From an uncultured PS1 clade bacterium (lineage in GTDB: Bacteria > Pseudomonadota > Alphaproteobacteria > MED-G09), in contig CACLNZ010000002.1 in the NCBI GenBank assembly GCA_902608415.1, forward strand, positions 25,861 through 89,860: a stretch of 64,000 bases of DNA, in the 5' to 3' direction. Numbering within the stretch: position 1 is the stretch's first letter; the number at the start of each line of letters is the position of its first letter. The translations under genes were made by a program, and so were the position numbers. Positions 9,536 to 20,007 of this stretch are shown here, piece by piece. The notes beneath the pieces were generated by a model, which was not told where the DNA came from, searched no databases, and was given only the letters and a program-made list of their open reading frames with translations.

Positions 9536-10453
9536 TTAACTCAAGCACCACCTAATAATGCTTTTTTGTGCGTGAACCCTATTTTCTGCTTCATCCCAAA
9601 CTACTGAATTGACTCCATCAATAATATCGGCGTCAACTTCCTCTCCTCTATGAGCAGGTAAACAATGAAGAAAAATTGCATCTGAAGATGCCATCGAGAT
9701 TTTGTTAGCATCTACTCTATACGGTTCAAGAATTTTTCTTTTTTGATCATTATCATCTTCTCCCATAGAGAACCAAGTATCAGTAATTATACAATCACAA
9801 TCTTTGGCAGCATCATTAGGATCTAGATCAGTAGTTATATTTGGAAAACCACTTACCAAATTATTATCTACTGAATAATCTTTTGGTGAACATATTCTTA
9901 ATTCAAAACCAATAATTTGTGCGGCATGTATCCAACTTGTTAACATATTATTTGCAGGACCAAACCATACATAACTCTTATTTTCGATATCACCAATCTT
10001 CTCTTTAACTGTAATTAAATCAGCTAAAACTTGGCAGGGATGGGATTTATCGGTTAACCCGTTAATTACAGGTATTGATGCATTTTTTGCAAAATTTTCT
10101 AAAGTCGAATGCTTATTTGTTCTTAACATTGCAATATCAACATATCTTGAAATGACTTTTGCAGTATCATCAATTGTTTCTCCTCTACCTAATTGCATAT
10201 CAGACATATTTGCATAAATAGTTTTCCCACCTAATTGATACATTGCTGTTTCAAATGAAAATCTTGTTCTTGTAGAAGGTTTTTCAAAAATTGTTGCTAG
10301 TATTTTATTTTTTGCGCATGCATCTTCATCAACAGATGCCATACCATTCTTCGATGACATGTTCTTTTTGTTTATTCCATCTTCAATTAAGAAAATAAGT
10401 TCATCCTTATTGAATTGGGTAAGATCAATGAAATCTTTTTTTGTTTCAGTCAT
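9536..10453 (-). CDS. argF: ornithine carbamoyltransferase
   Basis: 305 aa with STRTR, HPCQ and HCLP motifs. Confidence 0.9.
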   Translation of the reverse strand: MTETKKDFIDLTQFNKDELIFLIEDGINKKNMSSKNGMASVDEDACAKNKILATIFEKPSTRTRFSFETAMYQLGGKTIYANMSDMQLGRGETIDDTAKVISRYVDIAMLRTNKHSTLENFAKNASIPVINGLTDKSHPCQVLADLITVKEKIGDIENKSYVWFGPANNMLTSWIHAAQIIGFELRICSPKDYSVDNNLVSGFPNITTDLDPNDAAKDCDCIITDTWFSMGEDDNDQKRKILEPYRVDANKISMASSDAIFLHCLPAHRGEEVDADIIDGVNSVVWDEAENRVHAQKSIIRWCLS

Positions 10454-10467
10454 TTCTTATTATATTT

Positions 10468-11637
10468 CTATCTAGGTAAATTTTCTAGTGTGATATTTAG
10501 TAAGTTGAAAAACTGCTCAATATCATCTTTCTCAGTATTCAAAGGGGGTAACAGTCTAATTATATTGTCAGCAGCTGGAACCAATAATAAACCATTATTT
10601 AGAGCGGTTTCGGCTATCAATGTATTTTCGACTTCACATTTTATACCAAGCATAAAACCTCTTCCTCTGACTGAAGTAATTTTATCCTTATGATTTTCTA
10701 TAATGTCATTTATTCCCGCCAATAGAAATTCTGATAATGACTTAACATTTGAAAGGATTTTTTCTTCATCAATAATTTCAAGAACTTTAAGCGCTACTGA
10801 ACAAGCTAGCGGATTACCACCAAAAGTCGACCCATGAGAGCCATGGACCATTCCAGATGATGCATCTGTTGAGGCCAATATAGCTCCTATTGGAAAACCT
10901 GCTCCTAAACCTTTTGCAAGAGTGATTATATCTGGTTCAATTCCAGCCCACTCATGCGAGAAAAAATCCCCAGTCCTTCCTAAGCCACATTGAACCTGAT
11001 CAAGAATCATTAATACGCCATGTTTACTTGTTAGATCTCTAATCATTTGTAAGTCTTCTTTCGGTGTAATCCTTATTCCCCCCTCGCCTTGTATTGGCTC
11101 AATAAGTACTGCAGCTGTTTTATTAGAGATCTTTTCTTCCAATTGTTTTTGGGATAGCTCTATATTTACGAAACCAGAAGGAAGCGGTCCAAACCCTTCG
11201 GTATGCTTGGGATTTGCTCCAGCTGCTAAAGTAGCTAGAGTCCTTCCATGGAATGCATTCTTAAAAGTAATGATGTCTGTTCTATCTTTATCACCTTTTT
11301 CAAAATGATATTTCCTTGAAGTTTTAATTGCCCCTTCAACAGCTTCAGCTCCCGAATTACAGAAAAATACTTTATCGGCAAAACTTATATCACATAATTT
11401 TTTAGCTAATTTTTGCTGTTCCGGAATTTGATATAGATTCGAAACATGCCAAACATTATCAATAGCCTCATGCATTACCTTTTTTATTTCTGGATGACCA
11501 TGACCCAAAACATTAACGGCAATACCTGCTGCAAAATCTAAATATTTTCCACCATCACTATCATACAGCCAAGAGCCCTCGCCTTTCGAAAAGGATATTG
11601 GGTATCTCTTATATGTATCCATTAGATTTTCGATCAT
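10468..11637 (-). CDS. argD: acetylornithine aminotransferase
   Basis: 389 aa class III aminotransferase (NSGAEA, DQVQCGLGRTG, PLP-lysine context ITLAKGLGAGFP), adjacent to argF. Confidence 0.85.
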   Translation of the reverse strand: MIENLMDTYKRYPISFSKGEGSWLYDSDGGKYLDFAAGIAVNVLGHGHPEIKKVMHEAIDNVWHVSNLYQIPEQQKLAKKLCDISFADKVFFCNSGAEAVEGAIKTSRKYHFEKGDKDRTDIITFKNAFHGRTLATLAAGANPKHTEGFGPLPSGFVNIELSQKQLEEKISNKTAAVLIEPIQGEGGIRITPKEDLQMIRDLTSKHGVLMILDQVQCGLGRTGDFFSHEWAGIEPDIITLAKGLGAGFPIGAILASTDASSGMVHGSHGSTFGGNPLACSVALKVLEIIDEEKILSNVKSLSEFLLAGINDIIENHKDKITSVRGRGFMLGIKCEVENTLIAETALNNGLLLVPAADNIIRLLPPLNTEKDDIEQFFNLLNITLENLPR

Positions 11638-11680
11638 GTGTACCTCAAACTAAAATTTTAGCTTTCATACTCTTTATTTT

Positions 11681-12493
11681 CTATGTCTTCAACCTCCAAC
11701 CACTTTTAAGAAGGAAGTGACTTATTATGATTAAGATTAGATTCAATATTGTTAGGAAGATAGCCCCAAAGATCAAATCGCCATCAGCATTGCCAACAAA
11801 ACCATATCTAAAACCATCAATGACATAGAAAAATGGATTATATTCAATTAAATAAAGGGCAAATTCGGGCATTCTTTTAACTGAATAAAATGTTCCCGAT
11901 AAAAAAGATAAAGGTACAATTATAAAATTTGTTATTGTCCCTAAATGGTCAAATTTCTCTGCCCATATACCTGTTATTATACCTATTGATGAAAGCATAA
12001 GTGACCCAGAAATTAAGTAGAAGAATATTGCCCATATGTCTACGAAGTTAAAATTTACAAAAAAGGACATACAAAAAATTGCACCTACAGCAACTATGAC
12101 CCCTCTAGTTACTCCTCCTAATGAGATAGCAACATTTAATTCTATCTCTCCTAAAGGAGGCAAAAGAATATCGACTATATTTCCTTGTATCTTTGATATT
12201 AATAAAGATGAAGAAGTATGAGCGAAGGCCTGTTGAAGAACAGACATCATTATTAAACCCGGAGCTAAAAACTCAATGAATGGTGCGCCATTTACATCTG
12301 GTCTCAAATCACCCAATGCAATAGTGAATATTGCCATAAAAAGAAGTGAAGTCGCTATTGGAGCTGCAATCGTTTGAAAAAAGATTTTAATAAACCTATA
12401 AACTTCTTTTTTGTATAAGGTCCATAACCCATACCAGTTTATACTTCCGGGAACTCTTGGCTCCCTCCAATGATAATTTTCATTTTCATCCAT
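11681..12493 (-). CDS. ABC-2 type transporter permease
   Basis: 270 aa with 6 predicted TM helices and a YadH/ABC-2-like layout. No ATPase gene adjoins it. Confidence 0.65.
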   Translation of the reverse strand: MDENENYHWREPRVPGSINWYGLWTLYKKEVYRFIKIFFQTIAAPIATSLLFMAIFTIALGDLRPDVNGAPFIEFLAPGLIMMSVLQQAFAHTSSSLLISKIQGNIVDILLPPLGEIELNVAISLGGVTRGVIVAVGAIFCMSFFVNFNFVDIWAIFFYLISGSLMLSSIGIITGIWAEKFDHLGTITNFIIVPLSFLSGTFYSVKRMPEFALYLIEYNPFFYVIDGFRYGFVGNADGDLIFGAIFLTILNLILIIISHFLLKSGWRLKT

Positions 12494-12644
12494 TTTTCAA
12501 CTTAATCTTTATAATAATAGAATATCAACATCTATATTAGCTGTATTTCTAAAAAAAACAACAATTTTTAACGAAAATATAAATCTATATCTTGTGCCAA
12601 AGTTATTTTTAGCATACCATATATACTTAAAAAAAGGGTGAAAA

Positions 12645-13154
12645 ATGGTTTGGACGGATGATAGAGTAGAAATTCTTAAAAAATTATGGGCAGAAGGTTT
12701 AAGTGCTAGTCAAATTGCTAGAGAACTTGGTGATGTTACTAGAAATGCCGTTATTGGTAAGGTTCATAGGTTAGGTTTAGCTGGTAGAGCTAGTCCTACA
12801 AAACCAAAAAGTAGGTTAAGGCATAGAGAACATATTGATTATGGAGAGTCTTCGTACCCTGGAAGCTCAAGATCAAGAATTAATGACAATGTTAAACCAC
12901 TTGTTATGCCTGAGCCAGCAGTAACATCTGATGGTGAACCAATTAATATTTTATCCTTAAATGAAAAAGTATGTAAATGGCCTATTGGCGAACCTGGAGA
13001 TGATGATTTCAGATTCTGCGGTAACCGCAAAGAAAATGGCTCTCCTTATTGCGCTGAACATACAAGAGTAGCTTATCAGCCGCTTGAAAAGAAAAAGAAG
13101 AAGAACAAACTTTTAAATAAGAGAATGCCTGTATCCAAAATTAATAATTTTTAG
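12645..13154 (+). CDS. gcrA: cell-cycle transcriptional regulator GcrA
   Basis: 169 aa. The N-terminus MVWTDDRVEILKKLWAEGLSASQIARELG..TRNAVIGKVHRLGL and C-terminal CKWPIGEPG...FCG block are diagnostic of GcrA. Confidence 0.85.
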   Translation: MVWTDDRVEILKKLWAEGLSASQIARELGDVTRNAVIGKVHRLGLAGRASPTKPKSRLRHREHIDYGESSYPGSSRSRINDNVKPLVMPEPAVTSDGEPINILSLNEKVCKWPIGEPGDDDFRFCGNRKENGSPYCAEHTRVAYQPLEKKKKKNKLLNKRMPVSKINNF

Positions 13155-13179
13155 ATAGAAATATATATTAAATTATAGA

Positions 13180-13881
13180 TTAAAAGGTTGTTTCATTCTC
13201 AACTTCTGTTTTTTCTAAACCTTCTAAATCTTCTCCGGTAACAACAAAATAAGTTTCCTCAGCCACATTAGTTGCTTGATCACCAACTCTTTCAAGATAT
13301 CTAGCAATAAATAATAGTGGAACTAAGGCATCTGTTGCATCAGGGTTTGTTTTAATGGAGTTAAGTATGTCCATCAATATTTCAGAATATAATGAGTCTA
13401 TTTCGCTATCAGATTTCCAAACTTTAACTGAATTTTCACACTCTTTTTTAGAATAATCCTCCATAACAATCCTTAAGTTAGAGTGGACCATTGAACACAT
13501 ATTAACTAAGAGGCTAATTGTTTCAGGTGATTGTGCCTCATTAAGGTCGCCTTTTAATACGCGATTAGATATTCCTTTACACATATCACCACATCTCTCT
13601 AAATATAATGAAATTTTAACTGCCGAAAATACTATCCTGAGGTCAATAGCCATAGGTTGTCTCGAAGCAAGTATATTAAAAACCTTATTTTCAACTGATT
13701 GACCAAGATCATTAATTATAAGATCATTTTTTATAATTTTTTGTGCCAATTCATGATCGTTATTCTTTAATAAAGTTTCAATATTATTTAAGGCTCCGAG
13801 AACTTCACCACCCATGCTTATCACACCATCTGATATCTCTTTTAAGTCATCATCATAAGAACTTACAATATGTTCAGTCAT
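13180..13881 (-). CDS. phoU: phosphate signalling complex protein PhoU
   Basis: 233 aa with two PhoU repeats (ERCGDMC / ERVGDQATN), downstream of pstB. Confidence 0.85.
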   Translation of the reverse strand: MTEHIVSSYDDDLKEISDGVISMGGEVLGALNNIETLLKNNDHELAQKIIKNDLIINDLGQSVENKVFNILASRQPMAIDLRIVFSAVKISLYLERCGDMCKGISNRVLKGDLNEAQSPETISLLVNMCSMVHSNLRIVMEDYSKKECENSVKVWKSDSEIDSLYSEILMDILNSIKTNPDATDALVPLLFIARYLERVGDQATNVAEETYFVVTGEDLEGLEKTEVENETTF

Positions 13882-13889
13882 ATTCTATC

Positions 13890-14702
13890 CTAACCATAAC
13901 GCCCAGTTACATAGGCTTCTGTTTGTTCATTTTCAGGTGATCTAAAAATATTTTCAGTATCACCTACCTCAATTAAATTCCCTAAATGAAAAAAAGCGGT
14001 TCTCTGGGAAACTCTTGCAGCTTGCTGCATAGAATGAGTAACAATTACTATTGTATAGTTTGTTTTTAATTCATCAATTAATTCTTCTATCTTAGCTGTT
14101 GCAATTGGATCAAGTGCCGAGCAAGGTTCATCCATTAAAATAATCTCAGGATCTACGGCTATTGCCCTAGCAATACATAATCTTTGTTGCTGACCTCCTG
14201 ATAAGCTAGTTCCAGGTTCGTTTAGACGATCTTTTATTTCATCCCATAAACCAGCCCTAACAAGACTTGCCTCTACTTTATGAGACATTTCATCCTTATC
14301 AGCAATTTTCCCGTGCAGTCTTGGTCCATAAGCTACATTGTCAAAAACAGATTTTGGAAATGGATTTGGTTTTTGAAAAACCATTCCTATACGAGACCTT
14401 AATTCCACTACATCTATATTTGGATTATAAATATCTTCACCGTTGATTGTTATATTTCCAGAAATTGAGCATGAATCGATTACATCATTCATTCTATTAA
14501 GACATCTTAAAAAAGTAGATTTTCCACATCCTGATGGTCCAATTAAAGATGTGACCTCTTTCTCATTGATTCCTAAACTAACATTATATAATGCCTGCTT
14601 ATCTCCGTAAAAAACATCAACATTTTTACAATCTATTAAAAGGTTATTATCCGAAGAATAATTTCCATTTGGTTTAATATCATTTTCTGTGCCATCTACC
14701 AT
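13890..14702 (-). CDS. pstB: phosphate ABC transporter ATP-binding protein
   Basis: Walker [10 protein letters not shown], signature LSGGQQQR, Walker B ILMDEP. Confidence 0.95.
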   Translation of the reverse strand: MVDGTENDIKPNGNYSSDNNLLIDCKNVDVFYGDKQALYNVSLGINEKEVTSLIGPSGCGKSTFLRCLNRMNDVIDSCSISGNITINGEDIYNPNIDVVELRSRIGMVFQKPNPFPKSVFDNVAYGPRLHGKIADKDEMSHKVEASLVRAGLWDEIKDRLNEPGTSLSGGQQQRLCIARAIAVDPEIILMDEPCSALDPIATAKIEELIDELKTNYTIVIVTHSMQQAARVSQRTAFFHLGNLIEVGDTENIFRSPENEQTEAYVTGRYG

Positions 14703-15937
14703 TTTAATTGATACTTTTTCCTTAAAATTACTGCAGCTAAATTTATTATTATTAATAAGAATATCAAAACTAAGGTCGCTGCGCTAGTTTTTGCTACAAA
14801 AGCTCTTTCTGGACTATCCGCCCAAAGATATACTTGAACGGGCAAAGCCGTTGCAGGATCAGTAAATGACCCCGGTATATCTACAACAAATGCTACCATT
14901 CCTATTAAAAGTAAGGGAGCAGATTCACCGAAAGCTCTTGCTAAACCTATTATTGTACCTGTTAAAATTCCTGGTAAAGCAGCTGGAAGCAGATGCTGAA
15001 ATACAACCTGCATCTCTGAAGCTCCCACTGCAAGTGCAGCCTCCCTAATTGATGGAGGTACAGATTGAAGAGATGCGCGTGTAGCTATTATTATGACTGG
15101 TAAAGTCATAAGAGACAACACACAACCTCCAACTAAAGGAGCTGATCGAGGCATACCAAAAAAATTGATAAATAAGGCAAGTCCTAGTAAGCCAAAAACA
15201 ATTGAAGGAACTGCCGCGAGATTGTTAATATTTACCTCTGTAAAATCAGTAAGTTTATTTTTTGGAGCAAAGCTCTCTAAATAAATTGCAGAAAGGACGC
15301 CAATAGGAAAACTAATTATCAAAGTTATTAAAATAGTTAATAAAGATCCAATAACAGCTCCTAGGACTCCTGCAATTTCAGGTTCTCGACTATCACCATT
15401 TGTAAATAAGTTTGTTGAAAATCTTTTTTCAACTAGGCCCAATTCTTTGAATCCATTAAGCCAAGTTATTTCTCTATCATTCAACCTTCTCTCACTCTCT
15501 GGTAAACTATTATCAATTCCAAACTTATAAAATAAATCAGCATCATCAGAGAAAAGGATAAACTTACTAAAATCTTTTCCAATTAAGGAAGGATCATTCT
15601 CAATTGTATCTCTTAGTTCATATGCAGCACCAGATGAAAATAATCTCAAAAACTCTTTTCTGCATTTCCTATCATCACAACCAGAATCTAATAAAGAAAT
15701 ATTATCTCTAATTAAACGACGATAATTTATATTATCTTGAGCAATATTTTCTTTAGATAAATTAATACTTAGATTTAAACCGTAGTTTGTGAATGCTGGA
15801 ATAGATCGATAAGTCATAGAAGAAATAATGACTACTAACATTATCAAAGCTATCGCTAAAGATGCTTGACCATAAAATCTAAATCTTTTTTCAGCTGATT
15901 GTCTTTTTAACATCATACTATTAATATTTTTACTCAT
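14696..15937 (-). CDS. pstA: phosphate ABC transporter permease PstA (long form)
   Basis: 413 aa permease with EAA-loop-like [10 protein letters not shown]. It overlaps pstB by 7 nt and pstC by 8 nt. Confidence 0.9.
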   Translation of the reverse strand: MSKNINSMMLKRQSAEKRFRFYGQASLAIALIMLVVIISSMTYRSIPAFTNYGLNLSINLSKENIAQDNINYRRLIRDNISLLDSGCDDRKCRKEFLRLFSSGAAYELRDTIENDPSLIGKDFSKFILFSDDADLFYKFGIDNSLPESERRLNDREITWLNGFKELGLVEKRFSTNLFTNGDSREPEIAGVLGAVIGSLLTILITLIISFPIGVLSAIYLESFAPKNKLTDFTEVNINNLAAVPSIVFGLLGLALFINFFGMPRSAPLVGGCVLSLMTLPVIIIATRASLQSVPPSIREAALAVGASEMQVVFQHLLPAALPGILTGTIIGLARAFGESAPLLLIGMVAFVVDIPGSFTDPATALPVQVYLWADSPERAFVAKTSAATLVLIFLLIIINLAAVILRKKYQLKW

Positions 15938-17198
15938 ATCTTTCTCTATATTTTCTAACTGTAACCATAGCTAAGATATTCAATACCAAAGTTATAAAAA
16001 ATAAAACTAAACCTAGAGCAAAAGCAGCAAGGGTCTTAGGGCTATCGAACTCTTGATCGCCAACTAATAGAGTAACAATTTGAACTGTAACGGTAGTCAC
16101 AGCAGAAAGAGGATTTGCAGTTAAATTTGCTGCCAATCCAGCCGCCATAACTACAATCATTGTTTCCCCTATAGCTCTTGATATTGCAAGCAATATTGCT
16201 CCAACAATTCCTGGTAAAGCAGCAGGAAATATTACTTTTCTTATAGTTTCAGACTTAGTAGCGCCTAAAGCTAAAGAGCCGTCTCTCAAACTTTCAGGCA
16301 CTGCGGTCATAACATCATCTGATAATGACGATACATAAGGGATAATCATGATACCCATAACCAAACCAGCAGCTAATGCAGATTCTGTTGAAACTGTAAG
16401 GCCGAGACTTTCTCCTGTAGACCTAATAAAAGGACCAACGGATAGTGCAGCAAAAAAACCATATACCACAGTTGGAATTCCAGCCAGTATTTCAAGAATT
16501 GGCTTAAAATAATTTCTTACTTTAGGTCTAGCATATTGAGATAAGTAAATAGCTGAGTATAAACCTAAAGGAACAGCTATTAACATAGATATGGCAGTTA
16601 TTAAAAGAGTTCCTGTAAATATTGGGATGGCTCCAAAACTTCCAGATGACCCAACTTGACCCTCTCTAATAGCTGTTTGTGGAGACCAATGAATTCCAAA
16701 TAGAAATTCACTAAAACTAACTTGCGAAAAAAATCTAACTGTTTCAAAAATTAAAGATAAAATAATTCCAAAAGTAGTCAAAACAGCAACTATGGAAAAA
16801 ACAAAGAAAATAAACTTTAATATTTTTTCTACATTTCTTCTAGCATCAAATCTAACATTAAGCTTTTTACCAGCAAGATACGCTAAGAAAGTAGTGATAC
16901 AGATTATTAAGGTTAAAAATCCAGCTCTATAAAAGAAATAATAATTATATAATGAATTTGCTGAATCGGTCGATAAAATCTCCAAAGATAGGATCGATTG
17001 CAAATTATGAATATTATTTCTAAGAATACTTACTGAGAAATCTACTTCCTCCTGCCCTAACAAAATTAATGAATTTGGTAGGTGATTCTGAATAATCACT
17101 CCCTTAATAAAGCCATCAATAGAAATGAATACAATAAGAAATATGATACAAGGCAATAAACTAGATAAAATTACAAATAGACCATGATAGTTTGGCAT
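15930..17198 (-). CDS. pstC: phosphate ABC transporter permease PstC (start uncertain; see finding on 17199-17330)
   Basis: 422 aa from ATG 17198, with permease core motif DGSLALGATK. The frame stays open for 44 more codons upstream with no ATG, GTG or TTG. Confidence 0.85.
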   Translation of the reverse strand: MPNYHGLFVILSSLLPCIIFLIVFISIDGFIKGVIIQNHLPNSLILLGQEEVDFSVSILRNNIHNLQSILSLEILSTDSANSLYNYYFFYRAGFLTLIICITTFLAYLAGKKLNVRFDARRNVEKILKFIFFVFSIVAVLTTFGIILSLIFETVRFFSQVSFSEFLFGIHWSPQTAIREGQVGSSGSFGAIPIFTGTLLITAISMLIAVPLGLYSAIYLSQYARPKVRNYFKPILEILAGIPTVVYGFFAALSVGPFIRSTGESLGLTVSTESALAAGLVMGIMIIPYVSSLSDDVMTAVPESLRDGSLALGATKSETIRKVIFPAALPGIVGAILLAISRAIGETMIVVMAAGLAANLTANPLSAVTTVTVQIVTLLVGDQEFDSPKTLAAFALGLVLFFITLVLNILAMVTVRKYRERYE

Positions 17199-17340
17199 TG
17201 ATCTTAGGGGCTTACCCTGAATAAGAAGAGATTGTGCGCGATTCCTAAAAAATAGAAATGATAGTAATCCAATTAAAGTAATTACAGTTAAACTTATGAT
17301 TATATCTATATTAATATCTAACCTCTTAATTCAAAGAGAC

Positions 17341-18396
17341 TTAAAGTTCAAGCTCAACTAGGTTTATAGTATTTATTTTTACTTCTTCATACTCATTTTC
17401 AGACAAAGGAATTAAGCCCTTGTCTGCAAGATATCCATCAAACCCCATAGCGCCCTCACTTGTAAATTCTTTCGCAAAATTTAATAATGAAGGTTTAATC
17501 CTTATATGATTCTTTTTAATATAAAAGTATAGAGATCTAGAAATTACATAATCTCCAGAAAGTATTTTTTCGAATTCTGGTTCAACTCCATTAACATTGG
17601 AACCTTGCAATTTATCAGAGTTCTGCTCAAGAAAACTATACCCAAATATTCCTATAGCATTTGGATTAGCTTCAAGCTTTTGAACAATTAAATTATCATT
17701 TTCTCCAGCTTCAATATATGAGCCGTCCTCTCTTATAGTTCTTGCAATTCTTTTAAACTCACCTTTGCCTTCTTTAGAGCTACTCCTTAGGTCTTTTAAA
17801 GCAGTAAAAGATTTTGCTCCACTATCCATTGCTAGTTCGACAAAAGCATCTCTTGTGCCTGAAGTCGGTGGTGGCCCAAGAACCTCTATTTTTATATTCG
17901 GTAACTCTGCATTAACATCTTTCCAAGTCTTATTTGGATTATCTATTAAAGTTAAATCATTATCATTAACTGGTATTTCTTTTGCTAAGGCAAGATAAAT
18001 ATCTCGGGTTGTCAAATTATACAAAGTACCTTTTTTTGAATTAGCTAGGACAATTCCATCATAACCAACTTTAACTTCTATAATCCTAATCCCATTTTCA
18101 GAACATGTATTGTATTCATTCTGCTTTATCTTTCTTGAAGCATTAGTTATATCGGGATATTCAAAACCAATGCCTGAGCAAAAAAGCTTCATACCGCCTC
18201 CAGATCCAGTTGATTCAACTATAGGCGTTTTAAATTTGGTTGATCTGCCAAATTCTTCAGCGACAGCTGTTGAAAAAGGAAAAACAGTTGAAGAACCTAC
18301 GATGCGGATCTGATCATTTGCATAACCCTCTTGTGGTAAAATGAAGGGAGATATTAATAAAGATACAAACAGAACTTTTTTTAAACTTTTTTTCAT
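17341..18396 (-). CDS. pstS: phosphate ABC transporter substrate-binding protein PstS
   Basis: 351 aa. Signal peptide followed by IRIVGSSTVFPF and TSGTRD blocks of PstS-family binding proteins. Confidence 0.85.
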   Translation of the reverse strand: MKKSLKKVLFVSLLISPFILPQEGYANDQIRIVGSSTVFPFSTAVAEEFGRSTKFKTPIVESTGSGGGMKLFCSGIGFEYPDITNASRKIKQNEYNTCSENGIRIIEVKVGYDGIVLANSKKGTLYNLTTRDIYLALAKEIPVNDNDLTLIDNPNKTWKDVNAELPNIKIEVLGPPPTSGTRDAFVELAMDSGAKSFTALKDLRSSSKEGKGEFKRIARTIREDGSYIEAGENDNLIVQKLEANPNAIGIFGYSFLEQNSDKLQGSNVNGVEPEFEKILSGDYVISRSLYFYIKKNHIRIKPSLLNFAKEFTSEGAMGFDGYLADKGLIPLSENEYEEVKINTINLVELEL

Positions 18397-18434
18397 CCTT
18401 AACTCCAGAACTGAACCAAAAACATTATAACTTG

Positions 18435-19382
18435 TTAAAATAAACCAAAATTAAATTTATATTGCATACCAAACATTATTTCTTCTGTGCTTTTTTCTAT
18501 ATTATCATAATTTTTTTCTACATAATTTACATAAAGCTTAACTGGTTTAGCTATTTTGTAATCAAATCCAATACCCAAAAGCTCTCCTCCAGATCTAATC
18601 ATATCTGACTCTCCATACATAAACTTCAAAGGTAATTCTTTTATAAAATCTAATTTTAATGAAACAATATAACCATCATCATCATATCTACCTGTGCTAT
18701 CTTTTGATTCCTGCCATATGAATCCAATCAAAACTGGATTACTAATAGGAATTGATGCAGTAATTCTAGTTGTATTAAAGTAATATCCTTTTTGAGGCAC
18801 ATCTTGATCAAATGCTAATGAAAAATTTGTATCATTAATTATAAATTTACCTGACCAATTTATCGAGAATGAAAAACCCTCATTACTATCTTCCAATATA
18901 GTCATTAGATTAACTTTAAATCCTCTTAGCGAGGGTGTTGTCCATTGAACAATTTTTTGACTCCTGTTTTCACCCCATAAAATATTTTTGATGTCTCCGG
19001 ATGTATCATTAAATAAATCAATTTTAGCTTGAGACTGTTTTACTGGTGTATCATGCATTCCTACAATAAATTTTCCAAAAGCTCCCTTTAATCCTACAAA
19101 ACTATTTCTTTGCTTAAATGCAGGATCCCAATCAATAGGGTCATTTTGTAATTCATATTGAAAAATAGCTGATAAACCATTATCAAAAATTTCTGATCCT
19201 TTAAATCCAATTCTTGATGCATGAGATTTTATTTCTGATTTTGAACTCTGCTTACCTTTATTGATATTAGAAATTGCTATATCTAATCGTCCGTATATTT
19301 CCTGATTTGCTTGAATTGATGAGGATATTATCAATAAAAATATAAAAGTAGAGATTAAATATTTATAATTCATTCCCAACAT
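18435..19382 (-). CDS. outer-membrane porin, probably phosphate-starvation associated
   Basis: 315 aa. It has a signal peptide, alternating beta-strand pattern and C-terminal ...KFNFGLF (terminal Phe). It lies 38 nt upstream of pstS on the same strand. AGAGG sits 6 nt before the ATG. Confidence 0.6.
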   Translation of the reverse strand: MLGMNYKYLISTFIFLLIISSSIQANQEIYGRLDIAISNINKGKQSSKSEIKSHASRIGFKGSEIFDNGLSAIFQYELQNDPIDWDPAFKQRNSFVGLKGAFGKFIVGMHDTPVKQSQAKIDLFNDTSGDIKNILWGENRSQKIVQWTTPSLRGFKVNLMTILEDSNEGFSFSINWSGKFIINDTNFSLAFDQDVPQKGYYFNTTRITASIPISNPVLIGFIWQESKDSTGRYDDDGYIVSLKLDFIKELPLKFMYGESDMIRSGGELLGIGFDYKIAKPVKLYVNYVEKNYDNIEKSTEEIMFGMQYKFNFGLF

Positions 19383-19392
19383 TTCGTACCTC

Positions 19393-19445
19393 TAACAAAA
19401 AATTTGTTATTTTTTTTTATGTGAATCACATAACAAGTTTTGTTA
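19393..19445. promoter_or_regulatory. cluster of three dyads upstream of the porin-pst block: TAACAAA-N3-TTTGTTA, TTATGTGA-N1-TCACATAA, TAACAA-N3-TTGTTA
   Basis: Read directly at 19393-19409, 19417-19433 (17-bp perfect palindrome) and 19431-19445, in the divergent porin/sixA intergenic region. Confidence 0.3.
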
Positions 19446-19497
19446 GAAAAACAAATACTTTTTTTACTAAAATACAATTTTTGTATAAAATTATTAT

Positions 19498-20007
19498 ATG
19501 GATTCTCATTTGATATTATGGAGGCATGCGGAAGCGAGCATAGGTATAAAAGATATTAATCGTGATTTAACTGAAAAAGGAAAATTAGATGGAAAAGAAA
19601 TAGCTGAATTATTGGCAAAAAATTATACTAATATGAGTTTATTTTGTTCAAATGCTATCAGAACAATAAATACATCTAATTATTTGGTTAACATATTACC
19701 TAAAATTAAAACTTACTATTTTGATAAATTATACTTAGCTACTTCTGATGAAATGATAAATATTATCTATCAAAATTCAATTAATAAAGAAAATATACTA
19801 TGTGTTGGTCATAACCCTGGGATTCATCAATTAGCGTTGTCATTAGTCAAAAAAAACTCTATCGATCCTAAATTTGAAAAGATAAATCACAAATATCCCA
19901 CAGCAGCTCTTGCTGTTATAAAAATTAAAGATGGTAATTGGGAAAACTTATATAGCAAACAAAATGAATTAATAGATTTTATTACGCCTAAAGACTTAAA
20001 ACACTAA
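19498..20007 (+). CDS. sixA: histidine phosphatase family protein (SixA-like phosphohistidine phosphatase)
   Basis: 169 aa. LWRHAEA (RHG-type motif) near the N-terminus and VGHNPG later on. Confidence 0.6.
   Translation: MDSHLILWRHAEASIGIKDINRDLTEKGKLDGKEIAELLAKNYTNMSLFCSNAIRTINTSNYLVNILPKIKTYYFDKLYLATSDEMINIIYQNSINKENILCVGHNPGIHQLALSLVKKNSIDPKFEKINHKYPTAALAVIKIKDGNWENLYSKQNELIDFITPKDLKH

Noticed and set aside
11638-11680. 12-nt palindrome CTAAAATTTTAG between the ABC-2 permease and argD as an ARG box or terminator.
   Set aside because: It has no loop, is purely AT-rich, and does not resemble the ARG-box consensus. It is probably incidental.
12494-12644. CtrA box (TTAA-N7-TTAA) or CcrM GANTC sites in the gcrA promoter region.
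   Set aside because: Only a partial TTAA-N7-ATAA is present and I saw no GANTC in the region, which is not enough to call.
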